From an uncultured bacterium (lineage in GTDB: Bacteria > B130-G9), in contig CBDVDH010000032.1 in NCBI GenBank assembly GCA_965372715.1, positions 1-41,754 on the forward strand: a DNA stretch of 41,754 bases, given 5' to 3'. The notes under the pieces were generated by a model. That model was not told the DNA's origin. It saw only the letters and a program-made list of their open reading frames with translations, and ran no database searches. The position numbers were made by a program, and so were the translations under genes. Positions 25,554-34,084 of the stretch are shown one piece after another (position 1 is the stretch's first letter; every line of letters begins with the position of its first letter).

Positions 25554-26942
25554 ATGAATAAACCCGAGGGTGTGGCTGTTCGTGGGGATTCGAGGCTCGA
25601 GAAGGAAAATGCTCGCCTGCGGCTTTTGATTCAGATCAATCGGAGGCTTCACGAGAGCCTCGACGTTGACCAGGTGCTCTCTACGATTGTTGACGTTGCG
25701 ACGCGTTCACTTGAGGCAGAGAGAAGCACTCTCTACGTGGTGGATTCCGAGAAGGGCGAGATCTGGTCTCGGATCGTTCAGGGCGAGAACGTTCAGGAGA
25801 TAAGACTCAAGGTTGGTGATGGGATTGCGGGCTACGTTGCGAAAACGGGCGAAACCGTTAACATCGCCGATGCTCACAAGGACGACAGATTCGATCCAGA
25901 TACCGATGCGAAGACCGGATTTAGGACTAGATCGATGCTTTGCATGCCGCTTGACGATCACGACGGCAAGCGAGTCGGCGTCATTCAAGTCATGAACAGA
26001 AAGACCGGCCAGTTTACAAAGGATGACGAGGATTACCTGGCAGCGCTCAGCGTTCAAGCGGCTCTATCACTGCAAAATGCACAGTTTACCACGAATCTCT
26101 CCGCGCTCTCGAGTAGGAATCAGCAGCTTGTTGAGATTCTGGAGCAGCGTCTGCGCGACCTTCAGGACTTGAAAATGGTCTCGATGAAGCACATGGCGCG
26201 GGGGATTGCGCACGAGATCAACAACATGCTCGCCAAGATCAAGGGCGGTGCACAATCACTGGAGCAGACCGTCGAGGACCTCAAGGACATGCTCAGCTCG
26301 ATGATCGAAGGGACCGGCGTTGACACGGATGAGCTGCAGTATCTTGTTGAGGAGGGCCTTCCGTTCCCGTTGGGCGGGATACTTGAAGGAAGCGAAGGAA
26401 TTGGCGAAATAGTCAAGAGAATTAGAGGATTCGTGAGGCTCGATCAGGGTCCTGTTCAGTTCTCCGACATCAACGAGGACCTCGAGAACGTCGTCAAGGT
26501 GTGCGCTGGTGATATTGCGGAGGCGGCGGTTACGCTCGAGAAAGAGCTTGGCGACCTACCAAAAATCGAGTGCAGATCGCGCGAGCTTAACATGGTCGTG
26601 CGCGAGCTTCTGCGCAACGCGATTTACTATGCCAGCGAAAGTAAGGATGCGTCTCAGGCGCGGCTCGTGCTAGTCAGAACGGCGCTTGTTGACGATGGCA
26701 AGTTTGTCGAGTCGTCGTTTTTGGACAATGGGCCCGGGATACCGAAGGAGTCCTGGGAACACGTCTTCGACCTGTTCTACACGACCAAGCCGGAGGGTTC
26801 GGGCTACGGGCTTGGCCTTTCTGAGTGCTACGCCGTGGTCAAAAGGAATGGCGGGACATTGTCCGTTGAGGAATTAAGCCCGGAAGATGCACGAGGTTAC
26901 AGCACCAGGGTAGTGCTGCGCCTCCCCACAAAACGCCAGTGA
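25554..26942 (+). CDS. Cytoplasmic GAF-domain sensor histidine kinase (copy 1)
   Basis: GAF (GIAGYVA, DxxTGFRTRSMLCMP, QVMN), H-box AHEINN, DNGPGIP, FYTTK and GLGL. Confidence 0.92.
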   Translation: MNKPEGVAVRGDSRLEKENARLRLLIQINRRLHESLDVDQVLSTIVDVATRSLEAERSTLYVVDSEKGEIWSRIVQGENVQEIRLKVGDGIAGYVAKTGETVNIADAHKDDRFDPDTDAKTGFRTRSMLCMPLDDHDGKRVGVIQVMNRKTGQFTKDDEDYLAALSVQAALSLQNAQFTTNLSALSSRNQQLVEILEQRLRDLQDLKMVSMKHMARGIAHEINNMLAKIKGGAQSLEQTVEDLKDMLSSMIEGTGVDTDELQYLVEEGLPFPLGGILEGSEGIGEIVKRIRGFVRLDQGPVQFSDINEDLENVVKVCAGDIAEAAVTLEKELGDLPKIECRSRELNMVVRELLRNAIYYASESKDASQARLVLVRTALVDDGKFVESSFLDNGPGIPKESWEHVFDLFYTTKPEGSGYGLGLSECYAVVKRNGGTLSVEELSPEDARGYSTRVVLRLPTKRQ

Positions 26943-27075
26943 CGAGGCGACCGGCCTTTCGCGACTCTTGCACGATTCGCAAGAACAGCAGAACCTGCTG
27001 GCCCGCAAGCCCTGCCATCAGCCGTGTTGTATTGGCCCGTTTCCCCTTTGGGGAATCTTATCAGCAGCTTCACCA

Positions 27076-27103
27076 TTGACGTGTGCCGGTGTTGGCGTAG
27101 TAT
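27076..27103 (+). promoter_or_regulatory. Putative sigma70 promoter of kinase 2
   Basis: TTGACG-16 bp-TAGTAT. Confidence 0.45.
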
Positions 27104-27134
27104 TCGCGTAGATGATTACCGTTGGAGATGTGTT

Positions 27135-28523
27135 GTGAGCAGCAAAGACCAGTCCAATAGCGACGAGCTCCGGCGGCTTCGCAAGGAGGTCGCGAGGCTT
27201 CAGCAGCTGATTCAGATCAATCAGCGGCTTCACAGTTGCTTGGACGTTGACAAGGTTCTTGAGACGATTATTGACGTTGCGACGCGCTCCCTCGAGGCCG
27301 GGCGAAGCACCTTGTACGTGATTGACGAGGCGAAAGGCGAGATGTGGTCCCACATCGCTCAGGGCGAAGATGTCGGTGAGATTAGGCTCAAGATCGGCGA
27401 GGGCGTTGCCGGTCACGTCGCCAAGACCGGAGAAACCGTCCGGATCCCTGACGCGCGTAGTGACACACGGTTCAACCCGAACATCGACGCCGAGACGGGT
27501 TTCAGGACGCGCTCGATGCTCTGTATGCCGCTTGAATTGTCGGACGGCAAGCGTGTGGGCGTGCTTCAGGTTCTTAACAAGAGACAGGGCGTTTTCACCG
27601 AGGAGGATATGGATCAGCTCCGCGCACTTGCTGTTCAGGCCGCGCTTTCGTTACAGAATGCTCAATACATAGCGCGCCTTTCTGCGCTTTCTAAACAGAA
27701 CGAGCTCCTGGTCGAGATGCTTGAGCAGCGTCTGCGTGACCTTCAGGACCGCAAGATGGTCTCCATGAAACACCTGGCAAGGGGTATTGCCCACGAGGTC
27801 AATAACGAGCTCGCCAAGGTCAAGGGCGGGGCAGAGTCGCTGCCTGAAGACATTGGCGAGCTTCGCACCATGGCCAAGGCGCTGCTTGATGGCGATGAAG
27901 TTGATACAGAAGAGCTGCTATATCTGCTCGACGAGGGGATTCGGCTTTCGGTAGATGGCATCCTTGAGGGCACTTCCGGTATCGGTGAGATCGTCCGAAG
28001 GATCCGCAACTTCGTTCGGCTCGACCAAGAGTCAGTCCAGTTCGCCGATCTGAACAACGACGTTGAGATGGTCGTCAAGATCTGCTCAACCGACATTGAG
28101 GATGCAGATGTGAAGGTCGAGATGAAGCTTGGCAAGTTGCCGGATGTTGAGTGCAGACCGCGTGAGATCAACATATTGTTGAGGGAGCTTCTGTGGAACG
28201 CTATTTACTACGCCAGTGACGGCAAGGCGAGAGATGAGCGGAGACTCGTCCTAATCACGACTTCCGCCACGGACGACGGTAAGTATGTTACCGTGTCCTT
28301 CTTGGACAACGGCCCTGGAATCCCCCAAGAAGCCCGGGAGCATATATTCGACCTTTTCTACACGACGAAACCCGAGGGGTTTGGTACCGGCTTGGGGCTT
28401 TCGGAGTGCTACGCGATAGCCACAAGAAATGGTGGCAGGTTATTTGTCGAGGAACCCGACCCAAAGAGGGAGTCGGAATACTCAACCAAGATCACGCTTC
28501 ACCTTCCCGTTCGAGTGAGGTAA
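27135..28523 (+). CDS. Cytoplasmic GAF-domain sensor histidine kinase (copy 2)
   Basis: Same motifs as copy 1 (AHEVNN, DNGPGIP, GTGLGL); GGAG SD before GTG 27135. Confidence 0.92.
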   Translation: MSSKDQSNSDELRRLRKEVARLQQLIQINQRLHSCLDVDKVLETIIDVATRSLEAGRSTLYVIDEAKGEMWSHIAQGEDVGEIRLKIGEGVAGHVAKTGETVRIPDARSDTRFNPNIDAETGFRTRSMLCMPLELSDGKRVGVLQVLNKRQGVFTEEDMDQLRALAVQAALSLQNAQYIARLSALSKQNELLVEMLEQRLRDLQDRKMVSMKHLARGIAHEVNNELAKVKGGAESLPEDIGELRTMAKALLDGDEVDTEELLYLLDEGIRLSVDGILEGTSGIGEIVRRIRNFVRLDQESVQFADLNNDVEMVVKICSTDIEDADVKVEMKLGKLPDVECRPREINILLRELLWNAIYYASDGKARDERRLVLITTSATDDGKYVTVSFLDNGPGIPQEAREHIFDLFYTTKPEGFGTGLGLSECYAIATRNGGRLFVEEPDPKRESEYSTKITLHLPVRVR

Positions 28524-28598
28524 TTGTCCAGCTGTTGATGGGTTACGTCCCGGATTGCAGGAACACGGTCAACTAGACGTTTAGAAGGAGTACGTCAG

Positions 28599-30062
28599 AT
28601 GAAGGAACTGCTTCGCTGGTTGCGGCGCCCCGGCCGCGGGGGCCAGTGTAATGCGGAAGAGGTTCTCACTCTGCGTGTGAGACTCGCGGCTTTCGGGATT
28701 CTGCTGGCCCTTTTCTTGGTCATCAGCGCAGACGCAGCGGCGCTGTCGGTTGTCAGATCAACCGACAAGGATAGAGAAGGCATCAAACTTGCCATTTATG
28801 ACGGCCGGGCGCTCGTGTCCGAGACAAGACGGATTGAGCTGCCCAAGGGGAAGTCGAATCTGGTCTTCGAGGACATTCCCGCGACAATCGACCCAAGCTC
28901 TGTTCAGGTGCTGCCGACGGGCGGCAAAACGGCTCTGCGGGTTCTTGAGCAGAACTACAAAAGTGCAGGCATAACACGCGACGAACTAGTAAGGAACTCC
29001 ATAGGAAAATACGTGACCTTGATAGACAAGGAGCGCAGAACCAAGGCCCGCATCCTCGCGCCGGGGATTTACGAGATCGATGGCGAGGTGCTCATCGGTC
29101 ATCAGGGAGCGGTTCTCTTGCCGCCGGTACCCGAGGGACTTGTTGAGAAGCCGATCCTCTCCTGCGTTGTCGAGGCGGGAAGAGCGGGTAAGTTCGCAAT
29201 TGAGCTTTCTTACCTCGCTTCGGGCGTGTCGTGGGATGCGTTTTATACCTCAACTCTGGGCGAGGATGAGAGCTCGATGTCGCTGCGTGGGCTTATCTCG
29301 ATAGCGAACTCAAGTGGCGCCTCTTATAGGAACGCGCAGGTCAGCGTTGTCGCGGGTTCTATACACCAAGTTCAAGAGGGAGGACCTCGACCGGAGATGC
29401 GAGCGCTAAAGATGGCCGGCGCCCCTGCACCAGGGGAGCAGATTGCACCGACGAGCGCGTTCGAGTATCACGTCTATCCGCTTCCGGAACCTGTAACCAT
29501 CGAGCTCAATCAGGACAAACAGGTTGGTTTCTTGTCTTCTGACAAATGTCGTGTGTCCAAAAGATACTTATTCGAGTGGTCTTATCATTCGGGCCGAAAT
29601 GAGCTAGCGGAGGAGTCGGCGAAGGTCATTCTGAAGGTCGAAAACAGCGAGTCATCGGGCCTCGGCGCACCCATCCCACAGGGCCTAGTTAGGGTTTACA
29701 AACGTCTCAAGAGCCAATTGCTGTTTGTCGGCGAAGACAGGATCGAGGATATCCCGAAAGACGAGGAGTTCGACCTGTTCGTCGGCAACGCGTTCGACGT
29801 GGTCGGCAAGAAGAAACGGACGAGATTTCGCTCTCTGGGTCGGGAAGGCGAGGAATCGTCATTTGAGGTGTCGATTGCCAACCGAAAGCTTGAAGAGGCG
29901 ACGGTCGTGGTCGTCGAAAGAATCTCAGGCGACTGGGAGATGCTTGAATCGACGCTCGACTATGAGAGGATAACGGCCAATAGGGTTGAATTCAAATTCA
30001 CGGTTGCCGCAAATGAAGAGAAAACGATGGCATACTCAATCAGGATCAACAGGCGCTATTGA
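28599..30062 (+). CDS. DUF4139 domain-containing exported protein
   Basis: IDPSSV, LEQNY, LSYLASGVSWDAFY, FEYHVY, GLGAPIPQGLVRVY, FVGED and GNAFDV; N-terminal hydrophobic segment. Confidence 0.88.
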   Translation: MKELLRWLRRPGRGGQCNAEEVLTLRVRLAAFGILLALFLVISADAAALSVVRSTDKDREGIKLAIYDGRALVSETRRIELPKGKSNLVFEDIPATIDPSSVQVLPTGGKTALRVLEQNYKSAGITRDELVRNSIGKYVTLIDKERRTKARILAPGIYEIDGEVLIGHQGAVLLPPVPEGLVEKPILSCVVEAGRAGKFAIELSYLASGVSWDAFYTSTLGEDESSMSLRGLISIANSSGASYRNAQVSVVAGSIHQVQEGGPRPEMRALKMAGAPAPGEQIAPTSAFEYHVYPLPEPVTIELNQDKQVGFLSSDKCRVSKRYLFEWSYHSGRNELAEESAKVILKVENSESSGLGAPIPQGLVRVYKRLKSQLLFVGEDRIEDIPKDEEFDLFVGNAFDVVGKKKRTRFRSLGREGEESSFEVSIANRKLEEATVVVVERISGDWEMLESTLDYERITANRVEFKFTVAANEEKTMAYSIRINRRY

Positions 30063-30134
30063 TTTAAACCTGAAAAACGGATGGAGGACCTTGCTAGGAC
30101 AATGGGCATTTTCGGAGACTAGCGAGGGGGGAAT

Positions 30135-31505
30135 ATGAAGAAGTCACGGGCAATTATCTTCTTAGGGCTAATGCTAATTGGCAGCATTCTAGCAGCTGCC
30201 TCGAATCGCACCGATTCGCCGACCGAGGCAACGATCGCAACGGCCGGGACCCGAGCTCCGGCCAGAGCGTCGGAGACGAAGCTGCCTACCGTATTGGTTC
30301 TGACCGTCTCAGACACTATCAATCCAGTTACAGCTGCTTACATAAAGAGAGGCCTGGACGAGGCGCAGGCTCGGGCGGCGGAGTGCGTTATTATCATGCT
30401 TGACACCCCGGGTGGGGGTCTAGACCCAACGAAGGACATTGTGAAGTATATCCTCGCAAGCGAAGTGCCCGTGGTCGTTTTCGTGGCCCCTCAGGGCGGA
30501 CACGCGGCATCTGCTGGGAGCATAATTGTCTTGGCCTCGCACGTTGCGGCCATGAGCCCTGGGACCAACATGGGCGCTGCGCACCCTGTGGCGGGCGGCG
30601 GCCAGAAGATGGACGAAACGATGGCCAAGAAGGTGGAGAATGACCTTGCGGCATACGCCAGAAGCCTCGCCGAGAAAAGGGGCAGAAACGTGAAGTGGGC
30701 TGAAGATTCGATTAGAGAGTCCGCGTCAATAACTGAATCAGAGGCTCTGAAGGAGAATATGATCGACTTGGTGGCGAATGACCTGGGCGATCTCTTGGAG
30801 AAGCTTCAGGGCCGTGAGGTTACCCTGGACACTGGTAAAGTCGTCGTGCTTCGGACAAAGGGCGCGGTTACCGAGCGGTTCGAGCCTTCGTGGCGCGATA
30901 AGGTGCTTAGCACTATTGCCAACCCAAACATCGCCTACATTCTGCTGATGATCGGCATATATGGCATCATGTTTGAGCTGATGCATCCCGGCGCCATATA
31001 CCCCGGCGTCATAGGGGTAATATGCCTCGTCATCGCGTTCTTCGCGCTTCAGCTGCTGCCGGTCAACTACGCTGGATTGATACTGATACTGATTGGGATA
31101 GCGCTCTTCATAGCGGAGGTCAAGGTTGTGAGCTACGGAATGCTTACTGTGGGAGGGCTGGTATGCCTCGTTGTCGGCTCAATGATGCTCATCTCGGAGC
31201 CGGAATCCGGCATCCAAATCTCGCTGACGTACATTTTGCCAGTTGCCTTTTTCACCGCCGCTTTGGTCGTTTTTCTTGCTACTCTAGCCTTTAAGGCCTA
31301 CAAAAGAAAGCCGTCCACCGGAAGAAAGGGCTTGATCGGAGCCGTAGGGACAGTGAAAGTGGCGACTTCTCCCGAAGCTCAAGGAAAGGTCTTCGTTGAG
31401 GGTGAGCTCTGGAACGCCGTTGCTGACGAGTCGCTTGACCCGGGAACATCGGTCAGAGTGATCTCCGTTCAAGGACTAAAGGTCAAGGTTGAGAAGCAAT
31501 CCTGA
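30135..31505 (+). CDS. nfeD: NfeD long form (ClpP-like serine protease + membrane + OB-fold domains)
   Basis: LDTPGG, AASAG, PGTNMGAAHPV, KVEND, several TM helices and C-terminal GKVFVEGELWNA. Confidence 0.93.
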   Translation: MKKSRAIIFLGLMLIGSILAAASNRTDSPTEATIATAGTRAPARASETKLPTVLVLTVSDTINPVTAAYIKRGLDEAQARAAECVIIMLDTPGGGLDPTKDIVKYILASEVPVVVFVAPQGGHAASAGSIIVLASHVAAMSPGTNMGAAHPVAGGGQKMDETMAKKVENDLAAYARSLAEKRGRNVKWAEDSIRESASITESEALKENMIDLVANDLGDLLEKLQGREVTLDTGKVVVLRTKGAVTERFEPSWRDKVLSTIANPNIAYILLMIGIYGIMFELMHPGAIYPGVIGVICLVIAFFALQLLPVNYAGLILILIGIALFIAEVKVVSYGMLTVGGLVCLVVGSMMLISEPESGIQISLTYILPVAFFTAALVVFLATLAFKAYKRKPSTGRKGLIGAVGTVKVATSPEAQGKVFVEGELWNAVADESLDPGTSVRVISVQGLKVKVEKQS

Positions 31506-31647
31506 CCTCTACGCGCAATGAGATCGGCCCAGACGCCCTGCCAGACCCAGCCCTTGTGACGCCTGCCGAACATTCTGTCCGCCGTCTATTGGGCCTGATC
31601 CTTGTCCAGTCCTCTCGCACCCGTAGTATAGAGATACTTCCGCGGTT

Positions 31648-32253
31648 CTATGTCTCAAATACAACCGGCGCCTGGCGGCTCGAGAGGCCCCGTTCCAGGC
31701 TCCTCTTTGCCTCATCCCGTTTCGCGGGCGGGGATGCTACGGCAACTGCGAGCACAAACAGTCCAGAGACAGACCGCCCGGACAGACGTTCGACCTGTAA
31801 CCCACATCTCTGAACTTCCTCGGCTACGGTCCGCAGCAAAACTACACCATCTGGGCCGAATACAGCGAACTTGACCACGTCAGGCGCCTCGACCTTGTCA
31901 AGAAGGGACTGGCTAAGAACGTGCTTGACCGTCGCGTCAACTACTGAGGCCAGTGGCGTCTCGTCCATTCGAGATTCTTCCTGCCTCTCACTGAGTGTCG
32001 TTGCCTTGTCTTGTTCTGTTGCCGTGCGCGATGATGGCTCGAGCGCCTCGTTTAGCACCTGCTCCGCTACCTCAAGTTCAGCGGCTCTTATGCGCGACGC
32101 AACGTCAGCCTCCGCCTCAACCTTCTCAAGCCTCAGTCGCTTTTCGCGGATGATGTCCATAGCAAGCGGTGTGATGATCGCGTCCTGAGGGACAGTTAGT
32201 GAGACGCCGACCGCAAGTTGCTCGAGTTCCCTGGCGCCGATCACCCTGGTCAT
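31648..32253 (-). CDS. BMC-associated hypothetical protein: N-terminal 'IITPLA' module plus C-terminal ACT-like domain
   Basis: VPQDAIITPLAMD motif and a VFGPD...GLQVERLSG...LFVL ACT-like pattern; 13 bp downstream of the BMC gene. Confidence 0.65.
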   Translation of the reverse strand: MTRVIGARELEQLAVGVSLTVPQDAIITPLAMDIIREKRLRLEKVEAEADVASRIRAAELEVAEQVLNEALEPSSRTATEQDKATTLSERQEESRMDETPLASVVDATVKHVLSQSLLDKVEAPDVVKFAVFGPDGVVLLRTVAEEVQRCGLQVERLSGRSVSGLFVLAVAVASPPAKRDEAKRSLERGLSSRQAPVVFET

Positions 32254-32266
32254 GGTGGCGGCCTGC

Positions 32267-32554
32267 TCAGCCCTCGGGACGTGTTGGTATGATCTTCTCT
32301 AGCTCGCCGTGCGGAAATGGTATCACGTGAACCGAAACAAGCTCGCCCACGACGCCCGCCGCAACGGCCCCCGCATCGGTTGCTGCCTTCACCGCCCCTA
32401 CATCGCCCCGAACCATTACCGTCACAAGGGCCTTGCCGGTGTATTCCGTGCCGACCAGCGTAACGTCCGCCGCCTTCACCATCGCGTCAGCTGCCTCAAT
32501 CGCACCCGTCAAGCCGGTCGTCTCAACCAGACCCAGCGCCTCTTGCCCAGACAT
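32267..32554 (-). CDS. Bacterial microcompartment hexameric shell protein (BMC-H, EutM/PduA/CcmK family)
   Basis: [36 protein letters not shown] and VHVIP.PH. Confidence 0.96.
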   Translation of the reverse strand: MSGQEALGLVETTGLTGAIEAADAMVKAADVTLVGTEYTGKALVTVMVRGDVGAVKAATDAGAVAAGVVGELVSVHVIPFPHGELEKIIPTRPEG

Positions 32555-32818
32555 CAACCCTTACTCCGCTTTGAAACCAAATAGCCCACGACATTCGCAC
32601 GGGCTTAGAAATCGAACCGCTCCTACTTGCATAATGAGTCTATAGCTTCGGCTCTCACACTGTCAAGGGCTAGCACTGCCGCATCGAGGGCCCGGGCAAC
32701 CTCATCCCTCCGGTTTCACAACTCCGACCCGAGCAGAATGTGAGCAGCGTGAACGGACTCGCAAACCCGCGTCCAATCGGGCATAGTCCGAATACCATCA
32801 ACAACCGTGAGGTCATCA

Positions 32819-34084
32819 TTGCTCAAGTTCGTTCACGCGGCGGACATTCATCTGGATAGTCCGCTTCAAGGCTTAGAACGGTACGAAGGAGCTCCTGTTG
32901 AGGAGATTCGAGGGGCAACACGTCGAGGCTTTCAGAATCTCGTGGAGCTGGCGATCGGCGAGGATGTGGCCTTCGTACTGATCGCCGGCGACATGTATGA
33001 CGGAAACTGGAAGGACTACAACACCGGTCTGTTCTTCACCACTCAGATAACAAAGCTCCGGGACGCTGACATCAGAGTCTTCATTATCGCTGGGAATCAC
33101 GACGCCGCAAGTGTGATCACCAAACATCTTCGTGTCCCCGATAATGTGAAGTTCTTGTCTGTCCGCGAGCCTGAGTCGGTGATCTTAGAGGATTTTGGGG
33201 TGGCTATTCATGGACAGGGCTTCGCGTCGCGGGCCATCACCGACGACCTCTCCACAGCGTATCCGCATCCCATCCGTCACCTTTTCAACATAGGCCTCCT
33301 GCACACCAGTGTCGACGGGCGTGAGGATCACGAGCCGTATGCTCCTTGCTCCCTACAAGGCCTCGTTTCCAAGGGCTACGACTATTGGGCCCTCGGCCAC
33401 ATCCACAAACGCGAAGTGCTCTCAAATGAGCCCTGGGTGCTCTTCCCCGGAAACCTGCAGGGTCGGCACGCGAAGGAGACCGGCCCAAAGGGCGCGACTC
33501 TGGTGACGGTTCAAGACGGCACTGTGGCCTCGGTCGAGCATTGTGAGCTCGACGTGGTTCGCTGGGAGATGTGCGAGGTCGATGTGGCCGAGGCCAGGTC
33601 GGGGTACGATGTCGTGGATCTTGCCCATGAAAAGATGGCCACTCAGGCCGAGGCAGCAGGCGGCCGCCTCTTGGCTGCCCGCATTCGTATCGTCGGCACC
33701 TCGGAGGCTCATAAACGCCTGAATAGTGACAGGGAGCATTGGGCGAATGAGATCCGCTCAACCGCTTTCGATATCAGTTGTGAAGTGTGGGTCGAGAAGG
33801 TGTTGTTCCACACGAAGACGCCCATCGATCTTGAGGTGCTTCTGGGGCGCAGCGACCCTGTAGGAGGGTTATTGCGGACGCTGCGTAGAATCCGCAGTGG
33901 GAATGGAAGTGAGATCGGGCAGATGTTGGCAAAGTTCGCCGACCTTAAGAGGAAACTACCAACAGAATATCGGCAGATGGGCGAGGCAATTGACTTCGAG
34001 GATCCTGCCTGTCTTATCGCACTTATCGAGGATGTCGAACAATTTCTCGTGCCGCGCCTTCTGGATGTGAGGGCGGAATCGTGA
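32819..34084 (+). CDS. yhaO: Mre11/SbcD-like metallophosphoesterase nuclease (YhaO family)
   Basis: HAADIHLDSP, AGDMYD, GNHD, ALGHIH and PGNLQGR. GAGGT SD before TTG 32819; GTG 32807 is an alternative start. Confidence 0.9.
   Translation: MLKFVHAADIHLDSPLQGLERYEGAPVEEIRGATRRGFQNLVELAIGEDVAFVLIAGDMYDGNWKDYNTGLFFTTQITKLRDADIRVFIIAGNHDAASVITKHLRVPDNVKFLSVREPESVILEDFGVAIHGQGFASRAITDDLSTAYPHPIRHLFNIGLLHTSVDGREDHEPYAPCSLQGLVSKGYDYWALGHIHKREVLSNEPWVLFPGNLQGRHAKETGPKGATLVTVQDGTVASVEHCELDVVRWEMCEVDVAEARSGYDVVDLAHEKMATQAEAAGGRLLAARIRIVGTSEAHKRLNSDREHWANEIRSTAFDISCEVWVEKVLFHTKTPIDLEVLLGRSDPVGGLLRTLRRIRSGNGSEIGQMLAKFADLKRKLPTEYRQMGEAIDFEDPACLIALIEDVEQFLVPRLLDVRAES

Noticed and set aside
27024-27134. N-terminal extension of kinase 2 in the ORF track
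   Set aside because: It overlaps a promoter-like sequence; GTG 27135 has an SD and gives the same length as the paralog.
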